From Caldithrix sp. (GTDB lineage Bacteria; Zhuqueibacterota; Zhuqueibacteria; Thermofontimicrobiales; Sulfurfontimicrobiaceae), in the NCBI GenBank assembly GCA_020722815.1, contig DYKB01000065.1, positions 1-38,857 on the forward strand: 38,857 nucleotides of DNA. The letters are read 5' to 3'. Positions 9,024 to 18,367 of this stretch are shown here, in pieces. The notes under the pieces were generated by a model. That model saw nothing but the letters and a program-made list of their open reading frames with translations. It did not search any database and had not been told where the DNA came from. The position numbers and the translations under genes are program-made. Positions within the stretch are counted from its first letter, which is position 1. Each line of letters starts with the position of its first letter.

Positions 9024-9875
9024 ATGAAACAATCAACACGCCGAGATTTTTTTAAACTAGCCGGAACCGGTGTTCTCTCCGCGTCATTTTTATCGTCAAT
9101 TAGTCCAGACGATTTAAGTGCCATGCCAGAGAAGAAATCCGGCCAACCCCTGCTCAATCTCGGAATGGCTTCCTATACTTTTCGAAAATTTAGTATGGAA
9201 AAGACTATTGAAATGACCAAAAGGCTGGGTCTGAAACACATTGCTTTTAAAAGCATGCACTTGCCACTGGAAAGTACAGCGGACGAGGTTCGGGCAGTCG
9301 CCGCAAAAGTAAAAGAAGCGGGTCTCGATCTCTATGGCTGTGGCGTTGTTTATATGAAAGATGAAGCATCCGTGCAGCAGGCCTTTGATTATGCAAAAGC
9401 GGCAGGGATGAAGGTCATTATCGGCGTTCCCAACCATGAGTTACTTGAACTTGTGGAACTGAAAGTTAAAGAATTCGATATTCAGGTTGCCATCCATAAT
9501 CATGGACCGGGCGACAAATTATATCCAACACCGGAGAGTATTTACGAGAAGATTAAAAAGCTTGATTCGCGAATTGGCCTCTGCGTTGATATTGGCCATA
9601 CCCAACGCGTCGCGATTGATCCCTCAGCGGCGGTAAAAAAATATCAAGATCGACTGCTCGATATCCATGTTAAAGACGTGAGTGCATCAACGCCTGAAGG
9701 TAAAACCGTCGAAATTGGACGCGGGGTAATTGATATTCCCAAATTTTTAAAAACACTTATTAAGTTGAAATATACCGGAAAAGTGTCACTTGAATACGAA
9801 AAGGATGAAGCCGATCCACTTCCGGGTGCGGCGGAATCGATTGGTTATTTGAGAGGGGTTTTGGCGTTACTATAG
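9024..9875 (+). CDS. Tat-signal sugar-phosphate isomerase/epimerase (xylose-isomerase-like TIM barrel). Start taken at the ATG preceded by GGAGG; the ORF track begins at 9009.
   Basis: Twin-arginine motif STRRDFFKLAG. TIM-barrel AP-endonuclease/xylose-isomerase-like fold motifs (IHNHGPGD, CVDIGH). Confidence 0.75.
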   Translation: MKQSTRRDFFKLAGTGVLSASFLSSISPDDLSAMPEKKSGQPLLNLGMASYTFRKFSMEKTIEMTKRLGLKHIAFKSMHLPLESTADEVRAVAAKVKEAGLDLYGCGVVYMKDEASVQQAFDYAKAAGMKVIIGVPNHELLELVELKVKEFDIQVAIHNHGPGDKLYPTPESIYEKIKKLDSRIGLCVDIGHTQRVAIDPSAAVKKYQDRLLDIHVKDVSASTPEGKTVEIGRGVIDIPKFLKTLIKLKYTGKVSLEYEKDEADPLPGAAESIGYLRGVLALL

Positions 9876-9894
9876 TTTTATGTATTCCCCAATT

Positions 9895-9942
9895 TAATTA
9901 AAAACCGGCGGATGTGTTCTTTTCCGCCGGCTTATATTTTTG
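9895..9942. terminator. Bidirectional rho-independent terminator between convergent genes
   Basis: AAAAACCGGCGGA-tgtgttctttt-TCCGCCGGCTT followed by ATATTTTT. A-run on the other side. Confidence 0.6.
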
Positions 9943-9951
9943 CTAAATTAA

Positions 9952-12903
9952 TTACTTTTGCTCCGTATAAATCGTCACCATCACTCGCCGATTCAACTGT
10001 CTTCCCAGTGCTGTTTCATTATCCCCAAGGAGAATCTTTTCGTCAGTTGGAGAAAGAAATTCCAGCGGTTCATTTTCACCATGTCCTTCCGGCGCATCGA
10101 TCCGGTGGCGAATTTGATTAAAAATATCCGGATATCGTGATTTTAAATCTTTCACAAATTGCTCATGGAAAATTCTGGCGCGGCGAATGGAAAGAATTTT
10201 ATTCACTCCTTCCGGGCCAACTGCACAGCCATGGCCGACAAATTTGATTCGCTTATCCGGTGACTGTATTAAATGCGGTATCATATCTTCCAGATTTGAC
10301 CAGTAAAAATTATAATACGGTTTGGCCTCGGCAAATTTGGCGATGAGATAATAAGATCGTTCAATATTTGTTTTTTCAGTATTTAAAACAGCATTCTTTA
10401 GTCGGGTGCGAAATTTACGGCCCAATGAATCAGTTAATGTTAATGAATAACCCAGATTTTGAATTTCACCATTAATCTGCTCCTTTAAACGTGATTCAGA
10501 TATTTGCCAATCAAATGGCCTGAAGAGTCGATTTTTAGCAAATTTTGATAAAATACTAACCAGATCGGAGGTTTCATTTAACTCAAGGGCCATAAATGCG
10601 CTTTCAAGCGCAACGGCACTGCTGATTTCACCATTAAATTGGATGGGAAAAAATTCTTTTCGCTTGTTTACCGATTGAACCGGATAAAATAAGACTTTTT
10701 CAATCGATTCTTCAATAGAAATCGTAACGTATCTTCGTTCTTCCAGGATGTGTCGCGCATCGTTTTGATTTTTTGGTAATGTGCGTTTTGCAAGGAGTTC
10801 ACCAGGCATTATCATAATTTGTTCTGAACGAACTCCCAATTTTATCAGTGAATCACGGACCGCCAGGGCGCGCGCGTTCGCCAGATTCACATTTATTTCA
10901 TCAGCGTTGGGATCAGCCGTGCCCTGGAGCCTGACTTTCAAATCCCGCTGCTCATTCAATCTTCTGGCAAAATAGGTGAGCGGCGGCAGAACGGAAGAAA
11001 TTTTCCCAAATTGATTTTTGATAACAGCACTATTTTGCCCGAAAAAGATTTTCCCGATGTAGGGCAACTCAAAAATTTTCGTATAGACTTTTGCTGCCAA
11101 TAGTGTATCCGCAGTAAAGAATCGCCCTTTGGGAATTGTAAAAAACTTTTCTGTTCGCTGTGTATGCAATTTTGTGGTTAAGCTATCTTCCGACTTCACT
11201 ATTTTGGCAGAAATTGCATGTAACCCCGGTGTCGAAGTGTGCCATCCAATGACAACGGCAGTTGAATCACCTGATTTTAAATCAGGAATATCTTTTTTTG
11301 CCATTGCAGGACGAACAGAATGGATCGAATCCGAATTGACCGATTTCTCGGGATTCGCTTTGGCCGGAAAATTATCAAAAAGCTGAAGCTGAAAATTTTT
11401 CGCGACCTTTTCACCTAAATTCTTAATGACAATTTTCAATTTCCCCTGGTAATCATCTTCAGTAATCCAGGAATCCGGTTCAAAAACAAAAGCCAAAATC
11501 TCGGGATCAGGCGCTGTCAAAGTAAAGTTGGCAATTTTATGGCGGCCCCGGTTTGCGAAACGAATATGCTGATCCCGATCATAAGCAAAAACCAGCCAAT
11601 AATATTTACCGGAATTTAACCGGGTGCTCAAAAATTCGGTTTGAAGCAGTCGTTCATTGATATGGAAGTTCATTTTCGGTAATTCATAAATGAGACTGAC
11701 GGGATCTTCCTGACTTTTTTTAATAACGTCCACCAACTTAACGCTATCTTTGCTGGCAAGCAGCCAATAGTTCAAATTATCATAAAGATCAGGATCGCGC
11801 GATGCTTCCCAGCGAAAAGGAACGGCATCTTCATCAATTTGAGCCCCCATTTCAGGCGATTCCATTTGAAATCGCTCGGGAAGCAGCGGTTGATGGGTCA
11901 CCGTCCCATGATAGGGCGCATCAAAAAAGCTATTTTCCTGATTAAGCGCCAGATCAACCCGGAGGGCATTATTTCGGCCTGGAAATAAGTTTTGAAAAAC
12001 CTGATCATTCAGTTGAAGGCTGCCCCCAACCGTTAAATTTCCCAACAAATTATCTTCCAGGCTAAATCCCATCTGAATTGCAATAAAATTCCGCCAGGAA
12101 AGTTCAGTCCCTAACGATAAAAAGCCTTCTTCATCCTTCACCTGACGGTAATCGATACCCGTGCTCAATTGAACTCCCCGATGTGAACCCAGATGCAGGG
12201 CGGTACCCATCCGAAAAGTTTCGGGAAGGGGTGTTCCTTGATTATTGTAGTGAATTTCGTCGCCCAGATTATTGATACCAATACCGGCGGTAAAAATCGC
12301 GTACTCAAAAGCATTAAATGATGCCGACTCAAAATTAATTCTCGGCGAACGAAACAGAATCCCTGTATCAAAAATAACGGCATTGGCATTAAAATCTGCC
12401 AATTGGCTGTTGAAATATTTGATATTAAATCCCCAGAGCAAATTGGGTGTCAGCTTACTTAAGGGTTGACCAATACTCATGGTTGCCACGAGATGATGCC
12501 CACCAACGCCAGCCGTGGTCGCGCGCGCACTATTAAATGTAGGAATTCCCAGATAATTCACCCCCAAAATCATTCGTGTCTGCTGGCTGATGGGATTCCG
12601 CAGTCGACGACCAAAGAGGAAAGTCGTATGATAAATATCCGAAACCCAGGTTGAATAACTGCTGGACCAGAACCATTCACGGCTCAAGCCGGTGGCTGCC
12701 GGATTTGAAAAATAGGAATATGAATAATCGAGTACACTGGTTGTGCTACCGGCCATCCCGACACCGCGTGCATCGGGAACGATTTTCAAGTAGCCAATTC
12801 CGGAGCGAATTTGCCCATAACTTAATCCAAAGATCAGGAGGATGAGACAAAATCCGGTAGTTACATTCTTTATATGGTTTATTTGTATTTTTCTCATGTT
12901 CAC
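9952..12903 (-). CDS. Outer-membrane protein: N-terminal beta-barrel (PorP/SprF- or PorV-like, uncertain), central CARDB-like region, two C-terminal OmpA-like peptidoglycan-binding domains. Putative anchor/partner for the upstream T9SS adhesin.
   Basis: Signal peptide. Aromatic-rich alternating beta-strand N-terminal ~330 aa ending in a C-terminal Phe-type barrel pattern. OmpA-like cores LQGTADPNADEINVNLANARALAVRDSL and FVGHGCAVGPEGVNKILSIRRARIF...APEGHGENEP. 9 bp downstream of the adhesin gene. Confidence 0.55.
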   Translation of the reverse strand: MNMRKIQINHIKNVTTGFCLILLIFGLSYGQIRSGIGYLKIVPDARGVGMAGSTTSVLDYSYSYFSNPAATGLSREWFWSSSYSTWVSDIYHTTFLFGRRLRNPISQQTRMILGVNYLGIPTFNSARATTAGVGGHHLVATMSIGQPLSKLTPNLLWGFNIKYFNSQLADFNANAVIFDTGILFRSPRINFESASFNAFEYAIFTAGIGINNLGDEIHYNNQGTPLPETFRMGTALHLGSHRGVQLSTGIDYRQVKDEEGFLSLGTELSWRNFIAIQMGFSLEDNLLGNLTVGGSLQLNDQVFQNLFPGRNNALRVDLALNQENSFFDAPYHGTVTHQPLLPERFQMESPEMGAQIDEDAVPFRWEASRDPDLYDNLNYWLLASKDSVKLVDVIKKSQEDPVSLIYELPKMNFHINERLLQTEFLSTRLNSGKYYWLVFAYDRDQHIRFANRGRHKIANFTLTAPDPEILAFVFEPDSWITEDDYQGKLKIVIKNLGEKVAKNFQLQLFDNFPAKANPEKSVNSDSIHSVRPAMAKKDIPDLKSGDSTAVVIGWHTSTPGLHAISAKIVKSEDSLTTKLHTQRTEKFFTIPKGRFFTADTLLAAKVYTKIFELPYIGKIFFGQNSAVIKNQFGKISSVLPPLTYFARRLNEQRDLKVRLQGTADPNADEINVNLANARALAVRDSLIKLGVRSEQIMIMPGELLAKRTLPKNQNDARHILEERRYVTISIEESIEKVLFYPVQSVNKRKEFFPIQFNGEISSAVALESAFMALELNETSDLVSILSKFAKNRLFRPFDWQISESRLKEQINGEIQNLGYSLTLTDSLGRKFRTRLKNAVLNTEKTNIERSYYLIAKFAEAKPYYNFYWSNLEDMIPHLIQSPDKRIKFVGHGCAVGPEGVNKILSIRRARIFHEQFVKDLKSRYPDIFNQIRHRIDAPEGHGENEPLEFLSPTDEKILLGDNETALGRQLNRRVMVTIYTEQK

Positions 12904-12911
12904 TCTCGCTG

Positions 12912-15900
12912 CTATCGCACTATCATCACTTTTTTATATGCATTATATGGGTCTGATTTTAAAGTAATGAGATACAGACCACTCCCAACTTTCATTCCAT
13001 TTTGCGTCCACCCATTCCAGTAATAGGTGTTCCATCCTGCCGGATAAAAAGCATCCGTTAATTGCGTCACATGCGAACCCGCCAGGTCATAAACATCCAG
13101 CTTCGCCTGCCGATTCGTACTCAGTTTAAAGTTAATCCCCAGGCTTTCTTCGCTCTCAGGCTGATAAACATTTCGTTCCAACACGAAATCATTGCTGCTA
13201 TATATTTCAACCGAGGTGGAAGAACGCGCCGTATTTCCGGCGATATCAGTCACAATCAATTCAAACCGGATTTCTTCATGATCCGCCGATGAATAAAGCC
13301 GGGTATTCGTATATTTTATCGGAAGGGTAATTTTTATACCCGGTTGAATCATGATTGTCGAAACAAGCTCATCTGCAAAATTCTTTTCTATCTCCCCATT
13401 TGCCAGATATACCCAGATATCCCAGGTTTGAACCGGATTGGAGACCTCGATCTCAATCGTAATCGGCTCACCAACTTCAATTTTTCTGGGCAAAGTTCCG
13501 ATCGAAACGCTTAAATCACCAATTGGTATTTGTGATTGGATATTATACACCGTATCTGTCACACTATTGTTACCGCGATGGGGATCGCCTTCGTTTTGCG
13601 CCTGAATTCTTACCTGATTTATCAACAAATTTTCACCAATCGGCATGATGGCGGGTACCGTCGCATCAAACTGAATGGAAATAGTTGAATCAGGCATTAA
13701 TTGACCGAATTCCCAGACAATTTTACGATTTGCATTTTGAACCGGTGGATGATTAAAATTATTCGTGGTAACAAATTGTGGAATTGAATCAGCTACAATC
13801 AGATTTCTCGCAATACCTTCGGATATATTCTGAATGCGAATGCGATATTGATAAGTTTCACCCGATTTTGCAAAATGAATCGTATCACCGGCAATAATCG
13901 TGAAAGAATCCGTATCAGTAAATTGAATGACCGAAATATCGACCGGCGGCGCGGACTGAATATTGACGACAGTATCGATGACGACATTATTGCTCCGGTA
14001 TTCTTCAGCTTCATTTTGGGCATTTATCACAACCTGATTTATTAATAAATTTTCACCAAGTGGCATCCCAACCGGCACCGTCGCCTCAAAACTGAGGAAC
14101 AGCATTGAATCCGGTCGCAGTCGATTAATTTGCCAGGTTACTTTTCGATTTTCTTTCTGAACCGGTTGAATATTAAAATTACTGACGCTGACAAATTCCG
14201 GTATAGAATCCGTTACCATAATATTTTGTGCAACGCCTTCCAACAAATTTTCTATCTGAATAAAATAGTGGTATGTTTCTCCTGATTTGGCATAATGAGT
14301 TGTATCCCCGTCATTTACAATAAATGAATCGGTTTTCACAAGTTGGCTCACCGAAACATCCACTGGCAGTTGAGGCTGACTTTGAATATTAAAAACTGTG
14401 TCAATCGTGCTATTGTTATCCAGATACTCCGGACTTTCATTTTGGACCTGAATTTGAACCTGATTGATTAACAAATTCTCTCCCAGCGGCATTAAAAATG
14501 GAACTGATGCATTGAATTTGATAAATATGGATGAATCTGGCATTAATTGGGGAATTTCCCAAATTAACTTTCGATTTGTATTCTGATCCGGTGGTCTATT
14601 AAATTGACTCGTTAAAATAAATGCCGGAAGTGAATCTATAATAACGATATTCTGCGCTATGCCTTCCAATTGATTTCGAATCAAAATTTGATATTGGTAG
14701 GTTTCACCGGATTTAACAAAATGAACGGTATCACCCGCCATGATGGCCATTGAATCCGTTTTAATGAACTGAAGCACCGATACATCAACCGGAAATTGAG
14801 GTTGACTTTGAATATTGATGACGGTGTCGACAACGCTATTATTTTTTAAGTACGTACTATCTTCGTTTTGCGCCGACACCTGAACCTGATTAATCAATAA
14901 ATTTTCACCAACCGGCATTATCATTGGCAAAGTCGCATCAAATGTAATTTGAACTATCGAATCAGGTAATAACTGACCAACTTCCCAAATGATTTTTCGC
15001 TTCGCATTTTGAACCGGTGGAATGTTAAAATTTACGACTGTAACAAAATTCGGGATTGAATCGGTAATAACGATATTTTGCGCCACTCCATCCGATGGAT
15101 TTTGAATTCGGAGTTGATAATGGTAAGTTTCTCCCGACTTTGCATAACGTATCGTATCCCCGGCAACAATAGCAAAGGAATCTGTTTTGACATAATGCCG
15201 CACCGCAACATCCACAGGTGGTTCTGGTTCGTTTACAATATTAAATACCGTGTCAACAACACTATTATTACCCAAAAATTCTGAATGCTCATTAGCGGCC
15301 TGTATTTGCACCCGGTTTATTAGCAAATTTTCACCTGTTGGCATTGCCACTGGCAAGGTTGCATTAAAGGTGACAATAAAAATCGAATCCGGCGGTAATT
15401 GATCAATTTCCCAGGTTATTTTTCGATTGCTATTTTGAACAGGTACCTGATTAAAATTATCAACAGAAACAAATTCCGGAATAGAATCAATTATAACGAC
15501 ATTTCTGGCTACGCCTTTCGAGGGGTTTTGAACTAAAACGTGATATTGATAAGTTTCACCTGACTGTGCGTAATGAACAGTATCACCGGAAATTACGACA
15601 AATGAATCGGTTTTGGTAAACTGGGTGACAGAAATATCAACATCGGGAGAATCGATTGGCGCAAATGGAATGGCCATTATATTGGTTTCGGCAAAATTAT
15701 TATCCAGCAGCGAATCAAGCCGGGCAAACACACCACTTCGATTAATGACCTGAAATGAATCAGCAATGAGCGAATCTGTAAGTCGCGCTTGAAATTCCAC
15801 GGCCATCGATTGCCCTGCCAGCAGTGAATCAATCAACCAGAACAGCGTATCCTGTACCTGAGAATCTGGTGATACCGAAAAATTGAATAAATCAACTGAA

Positions 15901-17591
15901 TCCGATAAAATATCCCACAATTTTATTTCATGGGCAGTCACCGGACCCAGATTTTGAATTTGTAATTGATAGCGATACTGCTGTCCCGGTAAAACGACCT
16001 GAATCGAATCGCCATTAATTAAAATTAAGGAATCGGTTTCAACTTCTTGTGATAAGGACAGATCAAATTTATATTCAACCGGCGGTGCTGGTGGATTCAA
16101 AACGGTAATTGAATCTATATCAGTATTATTTTGAAGTGAGGAGTCGTTGTCAACATAAACATAAGCCTGACTCTTCAATTGCGTCATATTCGTAAAATCG
16201 CTATCAGGTAAAAACACGTTAATTTGCAATTCAATTTCATTACCTGGTGCCAATTCATCAAGCTCCCAACTCAGCATTCGGGAGTTAAGTTGGCGGGCCT
16301 GTTCTGAAGCATTTATAAATTGGACATGATCGGGTAAAATATGAATCATTTTCAAATTCCTGGCGATTTCAGCATTCAGATTTCGAACGGTAAGGGTATA
16401 TTGAAAATTATTTCCAGGCTCTACCGCCCGAAGGGTTTCGCCATTCACAACGACAGCCGTATCAGATACAGAACTCAATCCGATTGACACATCGGTAAAA
16501 GGGCCGGTGCCCTGAACAAAATATCGACCGGTTCCTTGGCCGGAGCCTGAAGCCGTATTGACTGTAACATCGACAACGCGCCAGGTATTGTTATACACCG
16601 GATCAGTTGATGTATGGGCCATGATATAAAAATTATGGATTAACTGCGAAAGGTGTCGATAAATATCTTCAATATTCCGATTGGCATCTGTCTGGAAAAA
16701 CAATCCGCCAGTACTATCAGCAATCGCCTTTAAAGTATCTGGATTTGCCCCGGTCCCGTATGCAATTGTAAAAATAGAAGTATTATAGTATAAAGCACTG
16801 TCGACAACATCTTCTTTAGTATAGATTGACGCGTTATCTTCACCATCGGCATATACAATAATCGACCGTTTACCAGTGATATTTTTTAATTGTTGAATTG
16901 CCAGAATCAGGGCATCATAAAGTCCCGTTCGACCTCTGGCCTGAGCAGTGTTTAAAACGGCCATCAATTGTGTCGTATCGGCCGTGATGGGTTGATTCGC
17001 AATTATCTGATCATCAAAGACAATGATACCAACTTCATCATTCGAACGCATCATCCGAACAAAGCTTCGCGCACCTTCAACTGCATTGGTAATCTCTTTT
17101 CGCATACTCCAACTGGCATCCATCAACAGCATGGTGCGAACCGGAATGTCGATCGCCTCACGAATTTCTGTAAATAAAGGCTGAGGTTGTTGAAAAAATA
17201 CATTGGGACTGGCTGGCAAATCGGGATTTTCATGATGATATTCGAGAACAGGCTGCCAGATATCTGAAATGCGTGAACCTATCTCCGCGGTTTCATCGGC
17301 TCCCAACCAGCGAGCAGTATCTGCCAGGCCAGTTATGGGTACCCCCGAACTATCCAGTACCGAGATCGTTGATAAAATTGGAAATGGAAAATCCGCGACC
17401 AGCCCATGGACTTCAAAATCACGATTGAGAGAGATCGTATTAATGCTGACTTTTAATTTTAATAAATCATTATTCTGGGTAAGTGCTTTTTGTGAACCAA
17501 GCAAAATAAAAAATCCAGAAAAAAGTAACAGTATTTGCCGAAAAATAACAAATACATTCTCCAAATGACATCGCTTCCGTGTGATATGCAT
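12912..17591 (-). CDS. Giant T9SS-secreted adhesin: signal peptide, vWA domain with intact MIDAS (LLMDASWSM), at least 7 DUF11 (conserved repeat domain, PF01345-like) repeats, T9SS C-terminal sorting domain
   Basis: DxSxS MIDAS motif. Repeated ~141-aa units GDTxHYAKSGETYxY...ARNxxxxDSIPxF...NRKIxWExxQLxPDSxxxIxFxATxP. C-terminus GSGLYLITLKSDPYNAYKKVMIVR. Confidence 0.8.
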   Translation of the reverse strand: MHITRKRCHLENVFVIFRQILLLFSGFFILLGSQKALTQNNDLLKLKVSINTISLNRDFEVHGLVADFPFPILSTISVLDSSGVPITGLADTARWLGADETAEIGSRISDIWQPVLEYHHENPDLPASPNVFFQQPQPLFTEIREAIDIPVRTMLLMDASWSMRKEITNAVEGARSFVRMMRSNDEVGIIVFDDQIIANQPITADTTQLMAVLNTAQARGRTGLYDALILAIQQLKNITGKRSIIVYADGEDNASIYTKEDVVDSALYYNTSIFTIAYGTGANPDTLKAIADSTGGLFFQTDANRNIEDIYRHLSQLIHNFYIMAHTSTDPVYNNTWRVVDVTVNTASGSGQGTGRYFVQGTGPFTDVSIGLSSVSDTAVVVNGETLRAVEPGNNFQYTLTVRNLNAEIARNLKMIHILPDHVQFINASEQARQLNSRMLSWELDELAPGNEIELQINVFLPDSDFTNMTQLKSQAYVYVDNDSSLQNNTDIDSITVLNPPAPPVEYKFDLSLSQEVETDSLILINGDSIQVVLPGQQYRYQLQIQNLGPVTAHEIKLWDILSDSVDLFNFSVSPDSQVQDTLFWLIDSLLAGQSMAVEFQARLTDSLIADSFQVINRSGVFARLDSLLDNNFAETNIMAIPFAPIDSPDVDISVTQFTKTDSFVVISGDTVHYAQSGETYQYHVLVQNPSKGVARNVVIIDSIPEFVSVDNFNQVPVQNSNRKITWEIDQLPPDSIFIVTFNATLPVAMPTGENLLINRVQIQAANEHSEFLGNNSVVDTVFNIVNEPEPPVDVAVRHYVKTDSFAIVAGDTIRYAKSGETYHYQLRIQNPSDGVAQNIVITDSIPNFVTVVNFNIPPVQNAKRKIIWEVGQLLPDSIVQITFDATLPMIMPVGENLLINQVQVSAQNEDSTYLKNNSVVDTVINIQSQPQFPVDVSVLQFIKTDSMAIMAGDTVHFVKSGETYQYQILIRNQLEGIAQNIVIIDSLPAFILTSQFNRPPDQNTNRKLIWEIPQLMPDSSIFIKFNASVPFLMPLGENLLINQVQIQVQNESPEYLDNNSTIDTVFNIQSQPQLPVDVSVSQLVKTDSFIVNDGDTTHYAKSGETYHYFIQIENLLEGVAQNIMVTDSIPEFVSVSNFNIQPVQKENRKVTWQINRLRPDSMLFLSFEATVPVGMPLGENLLINQVVINAQNEAEEYRSNNVVIDTVVNIQSAPPVDISVIQFTDTDSFTIIAGDTIHFAKSGETYQYRIRIQNISEGIARNLIVADSIPQFVTTNNFNHPPVQNANRKIVWEFGQLMPDSTISIQFDATVPAIMPIGENLLINQVRIQAQNEGDPHRGNNSVTDTVYNIQSQIPIGDLSVSIGTLPRKIEVGEPITIEIEVSNPVQTWDIWVYLANGEIEKNFADELVSTIMIQPGIKITLPIKYTNTRLYSSADHEEIRFELIVTDIAGNTARSSTSVEIYSSNDFVLERNVYQPESEESLGINFKLSTNRQAKLDVYDLAGSHVTQLTDAFYPAGWNTYYWNGWTQNGMKVGSGLYLITLKSDPYNAYKKVMIVR
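13500..15650. repeat. Five near-identical tandem repeats of ~423 bp (141 codons) inside the adhesin gene. More diverged copies extend to ~16500.
   Basis: Recurring strings such as AATTTTCACCAA(T/C)CGGCAT at ~13620, 14050, 14470, 14900 and 15330 (period ~423 bp). Confidence 0.8.
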
Positions 17592-18367
17592 TGATTCTTC
17601 CCTGCTATTTTTGAATCTGGTCAGAATTATTTAAAGAAAAAATTGTATTCAAAACCGGATTGTTAATCCCTTAATCCCAAAATTATATCATTTTATCATG
17701 AAATTGACTCAAGATTTAACCAGGCATAAAGTTCAGAACTAACAAACATTATACCAAATGATTTTGGGCCATTTTATCAATTTTAGGCGCTTTAAATCAT
17801 TAATTTCAATTTTTGAATTAAGGACAGATTGAATCATCCTGAAACAATTACAGCTTTGGTCGTCACTCAAGAATATGTATTTCAAATGTTTTGAGCAACT
17901 TCAATCTGACGGCGATGCCCCAGGCCTTCCAAGGGAGAATAGGACTTTTTCATTTGAATCTTGCCCGGGTTACTATTCCAGGTCTTCTCCCTGAAGGGGA
18001 ATTGGGGCACACCCATCAGAATAATTTGATAAATATAATATTTTGGTAACGTTATATTTAAATTGCCATGAGCTATAGAGGCTGTCCGAGAACTAACCTT
18101 GCGAAGGTTAAAAAAACATAATATATCGCTTAAAATTGAAATATTAATCAATATATATAGTTCTACCCATTCAACAATTTTCGCGAGGTTACTTTTCGGA
18201 AAGACTCTAAATCGCGTGGCTATTCATTTGTTTTTTAATGAGTTAAAATCTTGACCTAATTGAAATGGGATTTAGGGGTGGGTTCGATTTATTTAATTCC
18301 GATAACCATTTTGTTAGTCCTATAAATATGAAAATATTTAATGACTAATTCCATCCAAATCGAATTG

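Noticed and set aside
12165-12845. Several 60-85-aa ORFs on both strands within the beta-barrel/OmpA gene
   Set aside because: They are fully nested in a well-supported 983-aa CDS. They are antisense or out-of-frame artefacts.
17882-18151. 89-aa minus-strand ORF upstream of the adhesin
   Set aside because: No homology features, poor start context, and it is better explained by the hairpin-forming non-coding sequence it overlaps.
18255-18300. tRNA-like T-loop string GGGTGGGTTCGATT
   Set aside because: There is no complementary acceptor-stem or T-stem closure (no following CC / matching 5' arm) and no anticodon-arm-like structure upstream.
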